A DNA stretch of 64,000 nucleotides from Haemophilus parainfluenzae (GCA_018369675.1 JAGZBU010000003.1:8234-72233), one strand, 5' to 3'. Positions 53,826 through 64,000 are shown, numbered from the stretch's first letter. Made by a program: numbers and translations. The notes: generated by a model not told the origin, from the sequence alone.

Positions 53826-54824
53826 CTACTTAGATAAAGCTTTTTGCCATTGATTGATCCAGCCTTTCAGCTGCTCACTTGTTACCGTTGTGGTATCTAA
53901 AATACGCATTGATTTTGCGCGAGAATTAAGCGCATCAATGTGACTTTCGATATTGGTCTCTACCACGGGTAACATGACATTATTTTTAGCAATATCCGCT
54001 TGAGCTTGCGGTGAAAGTAGGAAGCCTAAAAATTCATCCGCACAGGCATTATTACGGTTAGCGACTTTTGCTGCCACTTCAACTTGTAATACGCTACCCT
54101 CTGCAAATTCCGTTGCCACATAATTGTCTTTTTGTTCAGAAAGAATATGGTAAATCGGTGAAGTATTGACGCTTAAAACCACATCCCCTTCGCCTTTTAA
54201 GAAGGCCCCATAAGACTCAGTCCAACCTTTGGTGACCGTGACCGTATGTTTAGAAAGGGTCTTCCAGGCATTTGCGACATCTGCTTCTGGATAAACTACA
54301 TTCATCCAAAGTAATAAACCACGTCCAATACTGCTTGTACGTGGATCTTGATATAACACTTTAAGATCTTGACGCTCAACTAATTCTTTTAAGCTCTTTG
54401 GTGGATTAGCCAGTTTATTTTTATCATAAATAAACGCATATTGCGCATAATCAAATGGTAAGAACGTGTGATTTTCCCATTTAATTGGTAAACGTAACTG
54501 GCTTAAATCCACTTTATTTGGCTCAAAAATATTGAGTTTTTGTGCATCCTCAATTTGATAACTATCTAAACCGAGCACTACATCCGCCTTAATTTTTTTA
54601 CCTTCTAGACGAACACGGTTAAACAAGGTGCCATTATTATCAAAAGCCACATAATTCAGCTTACATTGCGGGAATTGTTGTTCAAAAGCTGCTTTAACTT
54701 TTGGTCCAGCGCTCCAATCAGCACTAAATGAATCATAAGTATAAACATCTAATGTTTGAGGAGCTGCTTGTGCGAAAGCGGAAGCGGTAAAAAGTGCGGT
54801 TAAAATGGAAAGCGTTTTGTTCAT
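53826..54824 (-). CDS. thiB: thiamine/TPP-binding periplasmic protein
   Basis: The gene encodes 332 aa. A signal peptide is present. The family-1 SBP fold reads VYTYDSFSADWSAGPKVKAAFEQQ. A TPP riboswitch lies upstream. Confidence 0.85.
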   Translation of the reverse strand: MNKTLSILTALFTASAFAQAAPQTLDVYTYDSFSADWSAGPKVKAAFEQQFPQCKLNYVAFDNNGTLFNRVRLEGKKIKADVVLGLDSYQIEDAQKLNIFEPNKVDLSQLRLPIKWENHTFLPFDYAQYAFIYDKNKLANPPKSLKELVERQDLKVLYQDPRTSSIGRGLLLWMNVVYPEADVANAWKTLSKHTVTVTKGWTESYGAFLKGEGDVVLSVNTSPIYHILSEQKDNYVATEFAEGSVLQVEVAAKVANRNNACADEFLGFLLSPQAQADIAKNNVMLPVVETNIESHIDALNSRAKSMRILDTTTVTSEQLKGWINQWQKALSK

Positions 54825-54867
54825 TATGCGTTCTCCTTATTTTTGCATAACGAAACAGCATAATGAG

Positions 54868-54952
54868 ATGATTAGTTTCCTACGCCAGCATTATCTGTTT
54901 CAGGTTCACGGGTATTTCTCAGCCATTAATATAGGCACCCCGACTAACGCAA
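54868..54952 (-). ncRNA. TPP (THI-box) riboswitch leader of thiBPQ
   Basis: The minus-strand RNA reads ...UAGUCGGGGUGCCUAUAUUAAUGGCUGAGAAAUACCCGUGAACCUGAAACAGAUAAUGCUGGCGUAGGAAACUAAU... It contains the invariant GGGGUGCC, GCUGAGA, ACCC, AACCUGA and GCUGGCGUAGGAA blocks. Confidence 0.8.
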
Positions 54953-55044
54953 CGTAGTCTATCTTAAGGAAATTTAATCAACAAGTTATTTAATTTAAAA
55001 ATGTTAATTCGATCACACTTTTCTATCTGGTTTATCATTTTTTG

Positions 55045-55076
55045 AGCAAAAGAAAACCTGCTAAAAAGCAGGTTTA
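55045..55076 (-). terminator. Rho-independent terminator after grxD
   Basis: The minus strand reads AAACCTGCtttttaGCAGGTTT followed by TCTTTTGCTC. Confidence 0.6.
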
Positions 55077-55096
55077 TCTTGATAATCGGTTATCAA

Positions 55097-55423
55097 TTAA
55101 GCTTGATGTTTAGCCGCTACTTCGCTTAATAAAGTTTGAAGTTCGCCAGCTTGATACATTTCTAAAATAATATCACAACCACCAATTAACTCACCTTCTA
55201 CCCATAATTGTGGGAAAGTTGGCCAGTTTGCATAAGTCGGCAATTCAGCACGAATATCTGGATGTTGAAGAATATCAACATAGCCGAAAGGTACTTTGCA
55301 ATTCATTAATGCTTCAGATGCACGCGCAGAGAAACCACAAGAAGGTAATTTTGGTGAACCTTTCATGTAAATTAAAATTGGGTTTTCAGCGATTTGTTTT
55401 TTGATTTTTTCTAACGTTTCCAT
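55097..55423 (-). CDS. grxD: monothiol glutaredoxin Grx4
   Basis: The gene encodes 108 aa and has the CGFS active site (KLPSCGFSARA). Confidence 0.9.
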   Translation of the reverse strand: METLEKIKKQIAENPILIYMKGSPKLPSCGFSARASEALMNCKVPFGYVDILQHPDIRAELPTYANWPTFPQLWVEGELIGGCDIILEMYQAGELQTLLSEVAAKHQA

Positions 55424-55498
55424 AATGTTCCTTGTTCAAATAAGTCTGAATAGGGCGCTATTCTAGCATAAGATAGAACCTGAGTGAAAGACTTGGTC

Positions 55499-56299
55499 TT
55501 ACCAACTTCCACCAGCTCCACCGCCACCGAAGCCGCCGCCGCCAAATCCCCCACCGGAAGAACCGCCTCCGCCGAAGCCACCGCCAAATCCGCCTCCGAA
55601 ACCGGAACCGCCACCACGGCGACGAGAAATCGTACTTTGACGAATAATTTTATTCAGTTGGTCACGTTGATTCGGGCTAATATAGACTTCATCTTTGTGA
55701 TATTGGAACTCACCAAATAATACAATAGCAATAAACGCCAATACCATTAAGAATGGGATGTACTTATCGAACGCATCTTCTTCAACTTGTGCTGCATCAA
55801 ACTCGCCTTTACTTGCCGCAATAATTTGGTTTAAGCCATCATTAATACCTTGCGCATATTGGCCTTGTTTAAATTGTGGCAAAATTGCCGAACGGATGAC
55901 TTGCGATAAAAAAGCATCTGGCAAAACACCTTCTAAACCTTGCCCTGTTGCGATAAAAACTTTGCGATCATCCTTCGCAATCAGCATCAACACGCCATTG
56001 TTCAGATTTTTTCGTCCAATACCCCATTTATCACCTAAAGCAAAAGTATAATCAGCAATTTCATATTCACCGGTTGTCGGAACTAAAACGACAGCGATTT
56101 GTGAACTCGTTTCTTTGCTATAAGCAATCAGTTTATTTTCTAAAATTTGCTTATGCTCTGCAGAAAGTGTATTGGTGTAATCGTTAATGTAATGAAAAGG
56201 ATTTGGAGCTGGCGGAAATTCTGCTGCCGATACCATTTGAGCAAAAAAAACAAGGCTAAAAATAACCGCACTTTTCATAAGAGATAAAAGCTTAGCCAT
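55499..56299 (-). CDS. TPM-domain (YgcG/DUF477) membrane protein with a Gly-rich C-terminal tail
   Basis: It has a signal peptide, a TPM domain (INDYTNTLSAEHKQILENKLIAYSKETSSQIAVVLV) and a transmembrane helix. The tail is a (GGGFGGG)n repeat. Confidence 0.7.
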   Translation of the reverse strand: MAKLLSLMKSAVIFSLVFFAQMVSAAEFPPAPNPFHYINDYTNTLSAEHKQILENKLIAYSKETSSQIAVVLVPTTGEYEIADYTFALGDKWGIGRKNLNNGVLMLIAKDDRKVFIATGQGLEGVLPDAFLSQVIRSAILPQFKQGQYAQGINDGLNQIIAASKGEFDAAQVEEDAFDKYIPFLMVLAFIAIVLFGEFQYHKDEVYISPNQRDQLNKIIRQSTISRRRGGGSGFGGGFGGGFGGGGSSGGGFGGGGFGGGGAGGSW

Positions 56300-56741
56300 T
56301 AATAATTACCTCATTAGATAATTCATTCACATCATCAGGCTGAATAGGGAAATGGCGAGATAAAATATCACTGATACGATCAATCGCATCGACAATGCCT
56401 TGTGTATAAGCTTTTTGTTTAAACTGCTCAATCATCAAATCACATTGTAACTGCCAATAAGCCACATCAACAAATTGATGAATGCCTTTATCACCTACTA
56501 TTGCACAGAGATGATTTTTATATCCCACATAAATCAACACGGCATTTTGTGCCGCTGTTTTATGCATTTCCAGTTCATCAAACACTTCTAAAGCACGTTC
56601 CATTGCTGACAATTGTGCTGAAGCCTTTGGTACTTTGCGTTCAATATAAACACGTAACTCAGCTGAACTTAAGCTTTCGAGGCGACTAATCGCCGCCTCG
56701 ATTTGCTTTTTATCTACCGGAATTCTGGAAAAGAATGGCAT
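56292..56741 (-). CDS. TPM-domain protein (second member of the triad)
   Basis: The gene encodes 149 aa and overlaps the downstream TPM gene by 8 nt. It follows lemA. Confidence 0.55.
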   Translation of the reverse strand: MPFFSRIPVDKKQIEAAISRLESLSSAELRVYIERKVPKASAQLSAMERALEVFDELEMHKTAAQNAVLIYVGYKNHLCAIVGDKGIHQFVDVAYWQLQCDLMIEQFKQKAYTQGIVDAIDRISDILSRHFPIQPDDVNELSNEVIING

Positions 56742-56750
56742 AGATAAACC

Positions 56751-57332
56751 TTAGTTAAAGTTTACAGTTGGTGCATTTTCAGCGCCTGCAGCTGATTTAA
56801 AGTAAGGTTTAGCTTTAAAACCAAAAATCATTGCCGCTAATTTAGTTGGGAATTGACGTACTTTTTCATTATAGATACGTGCAGCTTCATTAAATTTATT
56901 ACGAGCCACATTGATACGGTTTTCTGTACCTTCAAGTTGCGCTTGTAAGTTCATAAAACCTTCATTCGCTTTTAATTGTGGGTATTGCTCTACTGTAACA
57001 AGTAAGCGAGATAATGCTGAACCCACTTGATTTTGGTTTTGTTGGAATTCGTTTAATTGTTCTTCCGTTAAATTAGACGGATCAATTTTAGTTTGTGTCG
57101 CTTTTGCACGCGCTTCAATCACATTAGTTAATGTTTGTTGTTCAAAATTAGCTTGACCTTTTACAGTATTCACTAAGTTTGGAATTAAATCAGCACGACG
57201 TTGGTAAGATGATTCAACATTTGCCCAAACAGAATCAATTTCAGTTTCTGCTTTTACTAAGCCATTGTAGCTAGACATTAAGCCTAAACCCACAGCAACA
57301 GCAATAATAATCAAGATAATCCACTTTTTCAT
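56751..57332 (-). CDS. lemA: LemA-family membrane protein
   Basis: An N-terminal transmembrane segment is followed by SYNGLVKAETEIDSVWANVESSYQRRADLIPNLV, typical of LemA. Confidence 0.8.
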   Translation of the reverse strand: MKKWIILIIIAVAVGLGLMSSYNGLVKAETEIDSVWANVESSYQRRADLIPNLVNTVKGQANFEQQTLTNVIEARAKATQTKIDPSNLTEEQLNEFQQNQNQVGSALSRLLVTVEQYPQLKANEGFMNLQAQLEGTENRINVARNKFNEAARIYNEKVRQFPTKLAAMIFGFKAKPYFKSAAGAENAPTVNFN

Positions 57333-57371
57333 TCAAAAATTCCTTCAATTTATAGGTTTAATTTATATAAG

Positions 57372-57400
57372 AAAAGACCTAAACCGAAGTTTAGGTCTTC
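57372..57400 (-). terminator. Rho-independent terminator after ompP5
   Basis: The minus strand reads AAGACCTAAACttcgGTTTAGGTCTT followed by TTCTTAT. Confidence 0.6.
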
Positions 57401-57434
57401 TAATGCTAATCCGTTAATGGATAACTAAATAAAA

Positions 57435-58541
57435 TTATTTAGTACCGTTAACTGCGATTTCTACACGACGGTCTGGTGCTAAACAAGCGATAAGTGCTTT
57501 ACGACCTTTAACCGCGTCACAAGTAGAACCTGTAACTGGGTTAGCTTTACCGTGACCAACTGCAGAAATGTTTTGAGCTGGAACACCTTTAGCTACTAAG
57601 TAGTTAGCTACAGAGTCTGCACGACGTTGTGATAATTTCACGTTTGGTGCATCTTTACCGATACGGTCTGTATAACCAGCAACCGCTACGTTAGCGTTAT
57701 TAACTTGAGCGATTTCACCGTAGATACCATCTAAAGTTGCTTTAGCTTGTGGTTTTAAGTTAGCTTTACCAAACGCGAAAGTTACATCAGAGCTTAAGTT
57801 GAAAGTTTTGCTTACAACTTCAGGCGCAACAACTGGAGCAGCACCTTGACCGAAACGGTAAGATAAACCAGCGTTGATAGAACCGATCCATGGGTTGTAG
57901 TCTTGAGAACTATTGTGAGTATCTTGAGTACGTAATTTACCTACGCGAGTTAACCATTGGTATTCTAAACGTAATGCTAACTCTGGTAATGATGGTAATG
58001 CATATTCAACACCAGCTGCGAACATTGGAGAAACGCGTAAGCTATGACGACCTTCTTCGTGGTCACGAGCACCACTTTTAGCATCATAGAATTTGTAGTC
58101 TGAACGTACTAAAGCTGCACCAACACGACCGTAAACATCTAAGCCTTCTAAAGCAGAAGTTAAACCGCCTAAACCATAGCTACCTTTTAAGCTTAAGTGT
58201 GCACCGTGGTTAGTGTGTTTGAACACTGTTTTACCAGCATCACGGAATTTAGCACGACCGAAATCATCGTAACCTAATTCAACCGCTAAACCTAAGTTGT
58301 CACGATTTAAAATTTGGTAACCACCAAATACACCGTAAGTAACAGAGTTACGGTGGTAACCAGGACCGAAATCAGAATATGCATTAGTAGGGTTAACTAC
58401 AGTGTTAGCTTTGATACCATCGTGGAAAGATGCTTGACCAGCTTTAACACCTGCATAGAAAGTGTTTTCTTGTGGAGCTGCTTGAGCTACAGAAGCTGCT
58501 GCTAAACCAGCAACGACTAATGCGATTGCAGTTTTTTTCAT
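57435..58541 (-). CDS. ompA: OmpA-family outer-membrane protein (Haemophilus P5)
   Basis: MKKTAIALVVAGLAAASVAQAAPQENTFYAGVKAGQ...C-terminal RVEIAVNGTK is very close to H. influenzae P5 as I recall it. A C-terminal OmpA peptidoglycan-binding domain is present. Confidence 0.9.
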   Translation of the reverse strand: MKKTAIALVVAGLAAASVAQAAPQENTFYAGVKAGQASFHDGIKANTVVNPTNAYSDFGPGYHRNSVTYGVFGGYQILNRDNLGLAVELGYDDFGRAKFRDAGKTVFKHTNHGAHLSLKGSYGLGGLTSALEGLDVYGRVGAALVRSDYKFYDAKSGARDHEEGRHSLRVSPMFAAGVEYALPSLPELALRLEYQWLTRVGKLRTQDTHNSSQDYNPWIGSINAGLSYRFGQGAAPVVAPEVVSKTFNLSSDVTFAFGKANLKPQAKATLDGIYGEIAQVNNANVAVAGYTDRIGKDAPNVKLSQRRADSVANYLVAKGVPAQNISAVGHGKANPVTGSTCDAVKGRKALIACLAPDRRVEIAVNGTK

Positions 58542-58940
58542 TTTGATGTCCTCTATTTAGTCATCGTTATTAATAAGAAAAGTTTCCTTGTTTATTGTGA
58601 ACTTTATAAAAAAGAAACACTCTAAACGTTGCTTAACTAGGGTTTTGAATTTGCCCTAACTTATCCTTTTGACAAATTCAATTCCTTTGCCATAGCCAAA
58701 GGAACGTTCAAAAGTATGGTTATTATCCTATAAAAACACCAAAGATCAAACTTTTTTTGCCCTTTTTGGTTATTTTATAGACAAACAACCCCTGAAATGA
58801 ACATTCATTCACAAAAATCGGGTTAATTTTTAACCCGATTTCTATTCTAACAAAAAATATCTTTTGTTCAAATCGACTTTTTTTTGAGCTTCATATATCA
58901 TCAAATTCACTTTCTTCTCTATTTACAGGTGAGTGATTTT

Positions 58941-61900
58941 ATGTTGCCCCGTCTTTCTAATGTACCCCAACTTAATAATGTGGTAAGTGATTATCTTACC
59001 GAACTCCAAAAACAGCATTTTGAAGGTGATATTGCCTCAAATTATGCTGACCGTTTAAGTCTTGCGACAGATAACAGCGTCTATCAGCAGCTTCCTCAGG
59101 CTATTTTATTCCCTAAATCTGTTGCCGATGTAGTACGTATCACCAAATTAGCCAATAAAGAGAAATACCTTCATCTAACCTTTACACCTCGCGGTGGCGG
59201 CACAGGTACCAATGGGCAATCTATAAATAACAACATTATTGTCGATCTCTCTCGCCACATGACGAGCATTTTAGAGCTTAATATAGAAGAACGTTGGGTT
59301 CGCGTGCAGGCCGGCGTAGTAAAAGACCAACTCAACCAATTTCTAAAACCACACGGATTATTCTTTGCACCAGAGCTCTCCACCAGTAATCGAGCAACAC
59401 TAGGTGGCATGATTAATACTGATGCCTCCGGTCAAGGCTCACTACAATACGGAAAAACCTCTGATCATGTTTTAGCATTACGTTCTGTTTTAATGAATGG
59501 TGAAATATTAGATACAAGTGCGGTCAAATCTGATAATGTTTTAGAAAACTACCCGCTTGCAGAAAATGGAAAAACGTTACATCAAACGATTTTCCAACGT
59601 TGCAAAGAGAAACGCGCCTCAATCATTCAAGATTTACCACAACTCAATCGCTTTCTCACCGGTTACGATCTTAAGAATGTCTTTAATAAAGATGAAAGTG
59701 AATTTAACCTTACCCGAATTTTAACGGGCTCAGAAGGTTCACTTGCGTTTATCTGCGAAGCTAAACTCAATTTATTGCCGATTCCTAAATATCGCACCTT
59801 AATTAATGTGAAGTACAGCTCATTTGATGCGGCCCTTCGCAATGCGCCTTTTATGGTGAAAGCCAATGCCCTTTCAGTCGAAACCGTCGATTCCAAAGTG
59901 CTGAACCTTGCTAAGCAAGATATTATTTGGCATTCAGTAAAAGAACTTTTAACAGAAGAAGAACAAAATCCAATTCTGGGTTTAAACATTGTGGAATATG
60001 CGGGCAACAATCAAGCTAAAATCGACAGCCAAGTGACCGCACTTTGTCAGCAATTAGATGAAAAAATTGCACAAGGCCAAGATCATATTATCGGTTATCA
60101 ACTTTGTTCTGACTTGCCTTCTATTGAACGTATTTACGCCATGCGTAAAAAAGCGGTGGGACTATTAGGTAATGCGAAAGGCGCTGCCAAACCGATTCCT
60201 TTTGTGGAAGATACCTGTGTGCCACCAGAACATCTTGCGGATTACATTGCTGAATTTAGAGCCTTATTAGATAGCCACAATCTGCAATATGGGATGTTTG
60301 GCCATGTTGATGCTGGCGTATTGCATGTTCGCCCCGCTTTAGACCTATGCGATAAAGAACAAGTTAAACTCTTTAAACAAATTTCAGACGAAGTGGCTGA
60401 ACTCACCGTGAAATACGGTGGTTTGCTATGGGGGGAACACGGTAAAGGGGTACGCTCTCATTATGGAGAAAAATTCTTTACTCCCGAACTTTGGCAAGAG
60501 TTACGTTATGTGAAGTTCTTATTTGATCCAAACAATCGTCTAAACCCTGGCAAAATCTGTACGCCACTTAATAGCGATGCGGAACTCTATTCGATTCTCT
60601 CGCCGATGCGTGCGGACAATGATCGCCAAATCCCGATTCAAATGCGAGATGAATTCAAAGGCGCAATGAACTGTAACGGCAATGGACTTTGCTTTAACTT
60701 TGATGAGCACAGCATTATGTGCCCTTCCATGAAAGTGAGTAAAAATCGCATATTCTCACCAAAAGGACGAGCCGCGATGGTGCGTGAATGGTTGAGATTA
60801 ATGGCCAATGAAAACGCCTCGCCTGATCAATTAGATTTTCATAAAACACAAGTGAAACTGACCGCACTTGTGGAGCGTTTCCGCAATAGCGTACAGAAAT
60901 GGCGCGGTGAGTATGATTTCTCACATGAAGTGAAAGCCGCAATGGATACTTGTCTGGCTTGTAAAGCCTGTGCAAGCCAATGCCCGATTAAAATTGATGT
61001 ACCAAGTTTCCGTGCGAAATTTTTCCATTTCTACCACAGTCGTTATTTACGTCCAGCCAAAGATCATATTGTGGCGAATTTAGAAGTTGCCGCACCTTAT
61101 ATGGCGAAACAACCGGTATTATTCAATTATTTCACCAAGCTAAAAATCACACAAAGCCTGGTTGAAAAAACACTAGGTATGACTGATTTGCCTCTCCTTT
61201 CAGAGCCAAACCTTCAACAGCAATTAGTCGAAATCGGCTACCAAGGCAAAAAACTAGAAGAATTGGAAGGTCTCAGTGCAACAGAAAAAGCCAATATGCT
61301 CTTTATCGTGCAAGATCCCTATACCTCTTATTACGATGCTAAAGTAGTACGGGATTTCGTGGCTCTCACACAAAAACTAGGTTTTGAGCCAATCCTTCTG
61401 CCTTTTAAACCAAATGGTAAAGCCATGCATATTAAAGGTTTTTTAACTCGCTTTAGTAAAACCGCGAAAACACAAGCGGAATTTTTAAATCGCGTCGCCA
61501 AATTAAATGTGCCTTTAGTCGGTGTTGATTCCGCCATTGTGCTTTCTTATCGTGATGAATATAAAGAAGCCTTAGGGGATTCTCGCGGTGATTTCCATGT
61601 GCTTACGGCGCATGAATGGCTGACCAATCAATTAGAAAGTAACGCATTACAAAGTGCGGTGAAAAATCTTGCAAAATCTGACTGCACTTTTGAGTGGCAT
61701 TTATTCCCTCATTGTACTGAATCTACCTTTATGCCAAACAGCCCAAAAGAATGGCTGTATATTTTTGCGCAATTTGGACAAACATTGAATGTCGAGAAAG
61801 TCGGCTGCTGTGGTATGGCGGGTGTATTTGGTCATGAGGTTCAAAATCAAACCATGTCGAAAGATATTTACGACGTATCTTGGGGCAAAAAATTACAAGG

Positions 61901-62018
61901 TAAAGATCCGAATCATTGTCTCGCAACTGGCTATTCTTGCCGTAGCCAAGTGAAGCGATATGAAAAAGCCATCTTAAAACACCCTGTTCAAGCATTGCTT
62001 GAAGTGTTGAATAACTAA
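58941..62018 (+). CDS. ydiJ: FAD-linked oxidase plus Fe-S (CCG-domain) fusion protein, YdiJ-like 2-hydroxyacid dehydrogenase
   Basis: The gene encodes about 1025 aa from MLPRLS. An N-terminal FAD-binding PCMH region (TPRGGGTGTNGQS) is present. Later C..C..C...CP clusters (CLACKACASQCPI) occur, as in E. coli YdiJ. Confidence 0.8.
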   Translation: MLPRLSNVPQLNNVVSDYLTELQKQHFEGDIASNYADRLSLATDNSVYQQLPQAILFPKSVADVVRITKLANKEKYLHLTFTPRGGGTGTNGQSINNNIIVDLSRHMTSILELNIEERWVRVQAGVVKDQLNQFLKPHGLFFAPELSTSNRATLGGMINTDASGQGSLQYGKTSDHVLALRSVLMNGEILDTSAVKSDNVLENYPLAENGKTLHQTIFQRCKEKRASIIQDLPQLNRFLTGYDLKNVFNKDESEFNLTRILTGSEGSLAFICEAKLNLLPIPKYRTLINVKYSSFDAALRNAPFMVKANALSVETVDSKVLNLAKQDIIWHSVKELLTEEEQNPILGLNIVEYAGNNQAKIDSQVTALCQQLDEKIAQGQDHIIGYQLCSDLPSIERIYAMRKKAVGLLGNAKGAAKPIPFVEDTCVPPEHLADYIAEFRALLDSHNLQYGMFGHVDAGVLHVRPALDLCDKEQVKLFKQISDEVAELTVKYGGLLWGEHGKGVRSHYGEKFFTPELWQELRYVKFLFDPNNRLNPGKICTPLNSDAELYSILSPMRADNDRQIPIQMRDEFKGAMNCNGNGLCFNFDEHSIMCPSMKVSKNRIFSPKGRAAMVREWLRLMANENASPDQLDFHKTQVKLTALVERFRNSVQKWRGEYDFSHEVKAAMDTCLACKACASQCPIKIDVPSFRAKFFHFYHSRYLRPAKDHIVANLEVAAPYMAKQPVLFNYFTKLKITQSLVEKTLGMTDLPLLSEPNLQQQLVEIGYQGKKLEELEGLSATEKANMLFIVQDPYTSYYDAKVVRDFVALTQKLGFEPILLPFKPNGKAMHIKGFLTRFSKTAKTQAEFLNRVAKLNVPLVGVDSAIVLSYRDEYKEALGDSRGDFHVLTAHEWLTNQLESNALQSAVKNLAKSDCTFEWHLFPHCTESTFMPNSPKEWLYIFAQFGQTLNVEKVGCCGMAGVFGHEVQNQTMSKDIYDVSWGKKLQGKDPNHCLATGYSCRSQVKRYEKAILKHPVQALLEVLNN

Positions 62019-62057
62019 AGTAGATTTTTCGACTTACCACAATATATCAGAAAATAA

Positions 62058-62095
62058 AAAGCGGCCAGATTTTAAATCTGACCGCTTTCTTTATT
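62058..62095. terminator. bidirectional terminator between ydiJ and valS
   Basis: The sequence is AAAAAGCGGCCAGATTT-taa-AATCTGACCGCTTTCTTTATTT. Confidence 0.6.
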
Positions 62096-62101
62096 TAAAA
62101 A

Positions 62102-64000
62102 CTACAACGCTTCAATCGCTTTATACTGCTCTTGGATTTTTTCTAATCCAGATTGGTATTCCGCTTGTTTTTCGCGTTCTTTCGCAATCACTGCTTCAGG
62201 CGCTTTAGCCACAAAAGCTTCGTTGCTGAGTTTGTTTTCAATGCGTTTAACTTCATTTTGATATTTTTCAATCTCTTTGGTTAAACGGGCAAGCTCTGCT
62301 TCTTTATTGATAAAGCCAGCCATTGGCACGAGCAATTCAGTATTACCAACGAGTTTCGCTACAGCAAGCGGTGCTGTTTCGTTTACAGACAATACTTGAA
62401 CATTGTCTAATTTCGCCATTGCTTTTAAAAGAGCGGTCTGTTTTTCGAGAATTTTTGCGTTTTCTGCGCTTAAATTACGGAATAACAGATCTAAGCCTTT
62501 GCTTGGTGCGATGTTGCTTTCTGCACGAATATTACGCACCGCAACGATCACTTCTTTTAACCATTCAATTTCAGCTTCTGCTTCTGGATCAAAGCCGTTT
62601 TCCTCCACTTGTGGGAAAGGTTGTAACATAATGCTATCTGCAGTAATGCCTACAAATCCTTTCACTTTTTGCCAAATTTCTTCGGTAATAAATGGAATAA
62701 GCGGGTGTGCTAAACGTAATAATTTTTCTAACACGTGAACCAAGGTTTGGCTTGCCGCACGGATTTGTGCTGCATTGCCATTTGCAAATACCGGTTTAGT
62801 CAATTCTAAATACCAGTCGCAGAATTGGTTCCAAGTAAACTCATAAATTGCATTGGCACAAAGGTCGAAACGATATTGGCTTAATGAATTACGGAAAGTT
62901 TCCACGGTACGATTGAATTCTGATTGAATCCAACGATCCGCTAATGAGAATTCGATCTCACCTTCGCTTAAATCTAATTTTTCATTCGTTAAGACGAAAC
63001 GGCTTGCATTCCACAATTTATTACAGAAGTTACGGTAGCCCTCTAAACGTTTCATATCCCAGTTGATATCACGACCGTTTGAAGCCAATGCGGCTAATGT
63101 GAAACGCAATGCGTCTGTACCGTGAGCTGCAATACCTTCAGCGAATTCTTTGCGAGTCGCTTTAGCAATTTTCTCTGCTAATTGAGGCTGCATCATGTTG
63201 CCAGTTCGTTTTTCAAGTAAATCTTCAAGGCTGATACCGTCAATCATATCGATTGGGTCAAGTACGTTACCTTTCGATTTCGACATTTTTTGGCCTTGCT
63301 CATCACGAATCAAGCCTGTTACATACACCGTTTTGAATGGCACTTGTGGTTTGCCATTTTCATCTTTCACAAAGTGCATCGTGAACATAATCATACGTGC
63401 AACCCAGAAGAAGATGATGTCAAAGCCGGTGATTAACACGTCCGTTGGGTGGAACATTTTGAGTTCTTTAGTTTGCTCTGGCCAACCTAAAGTGGAGAAC
63501 GTCCATAAGCCTGATGAGAACCACGTGTCTAATACGTCTTCATCTTGTTTGAGTTCAACCGCAGAATCTAAGTTGTATTTTGACCGCACTTCTTCTTCGT
63601 TGCGTGCGACATACACGTTGCCTTCTACGTCATACCACGCAGGAATGCGGTGTCCCCACCAAAGTTGGCGAGAGATACACCAATCTTGAATATCACGCAT
63701 CCAAGAGAAGTAAAGGTTTTCGTATTGTTTCGGCACGAATTGGATTTCACCATCTTCCACCGCTTTAATCGCTACATCAGCAAGCGGTTTCACGCTCACA
63801 TACCATTGGTCGGTTAACATAGGCTCAATCGGCACACCACCACGGTCGCCATAAGGCACTTTGAGATCGTGTGGTTTAATTTCGTCTAATAAACCTAGTG
63901 CTTCAAAATCTGCCACGATTTTCTTACGTGCAACAAAACGCTCTAAGCCACGGTAATCCGCAGGAATCGTCGCTTCATAACCAGCAAGCGGCTTACCGTC
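62102..64000 (-). CDS. valS: valyl-tRNA synthetase, C-terminal about 630 aa (the 5' end lies beyond the window)
   Basis: The KMSKS motif is present. The anticodon-binding domain and the C-terminal coiled-coil (...[13 protein letters not shown]) are present. The ORF remains open to position 64000. Confidence 0.9.
   Translation of the reverse strand, partial: DGKPLAGYEATIPADYRGLERFVARKKIVADFEALGLLDEIKPHDLKVPYGDRGGVPIEPMLTDQWYVSVKPLADVAIKAVEDGEIQFVPKQYENLYFSWMRDIQDWCISRQLWWGHRIPAWYDVEGNVYVARNEEEVRSKYNLDSAVELKQDEDVLDTWFSSGLWTFSTLGWPEQTKELKMFHPTDVLITGFDIIFFWVARMIMFTMHFVKDENGKPQVPFKTVYVTGLIRDEQGQKMSKSKGNVLDPIDMIDGISLEDLLEKRTGNMMQPQLAEKIAKATRKEFAEGIAAHGTDALRFTLAALASNGRDINWDMKRLEGYRNFCNKLWNASRFVLTNEKLDLSEGEIEFSLADRWIQSEFNRTVETFRNSLSQYRFDLCANAIYEFTWNQFCDWYLELTKPVFANGNAAQIRAASQTLVHVLEKLLRLAHPLIPFITEEIWQKVKGFVGITADSIMLQPFPQVEENGFDPEAEAEIEWLKEVIVAVRNIRAESNIAPSKGLDLLFRNLSAENAKILEKQTALLKAMAKLDNVQVLSVNETAPLAVAKLVGNTELLVPMAGFINKEAELARLTKEIEKYQNEVKRIENKLSNEAFVAKAPEAVIAKEREKQAEYQSGLEKIQEQYKAIEAL

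Noticed and set aside
55484-55720. A plus-strand ORF rich in Ala/Thr/Glu (ATEAAAAKSPTGRT...).
   Set aside because: It is antisense to the GGC/GGT-rich glycine tail of the TPM-domain gene and is not an independent gene.

Overview
This 64 kb window looks like core chromosome of a Pasteurellaceae genome, most likely the Haemophilus influenzae group. The Hin-type uptake signal sequence AAGTGCGGT (or its complement ACCGCACTT) occurs more than 40 times, often as inverted pairs that form terminators. The OmpA-family porin is about 80-85% identical, from memory, to H. influenzae P5. The order comN-comO-comP-comQ-recC with a canonical CRP-S (Sxy) site matches the H. influenzae competence regulon. Gene density is about 90%, on both strands.

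Housekeeping loci, in order: ybfF' (3' fragment), fldA-fur, argG, yeeZ-like, purC, prfC, a tRNA operon (Met-Leu-Gln-Gln), hemA, gloB/yafS, yegP-like, ycaO, gyrA, qmcA-nfeD-flavoprotein-ycdY, modF, sstT, nlpC, aceE-aceF-lpdA, mgsA, ydgA, dnaK…dnaJ, modABC/modE, yfbR, degS, ribD, nrdR, recC, suhB, bioB, a TPP-riboswitch thiBPQ operon, grxD, a LemA-TPM-TPM triad, ompP5, ydiJ, and valS' (truncated at the window edge). No CRISPR array, transposase, integrase or obvious island was found.

Five things stand out. First, a near-consensus sigma70 promoter with an embedded LexA box drives a standalone UmuD/LexA-C-terminal-like (S24) protein. At exact motif spacing its catalytic Ser and Lys are replaced (Asn, Tyr), so it reads as an SOS-induced pseudo-peptidase. 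Second, dnaK and dnaJ are separated by a GyrI-like small protein and an O-acetylhomoserine sulfhydrylase-like gene. Third, a TorD-family chaperone (YcdY) is coupled to a flavodoxin-like NAD(P)H oxidoreductase in a qmcA-nfeD operon, with no YcdX. Fourth, a perfect 18-bp PdhR-like palindrome sits upstream of aceE, and no pdhR is in the window. Fifth, an orphan ORF lies between prfC and the tRNA cluster.
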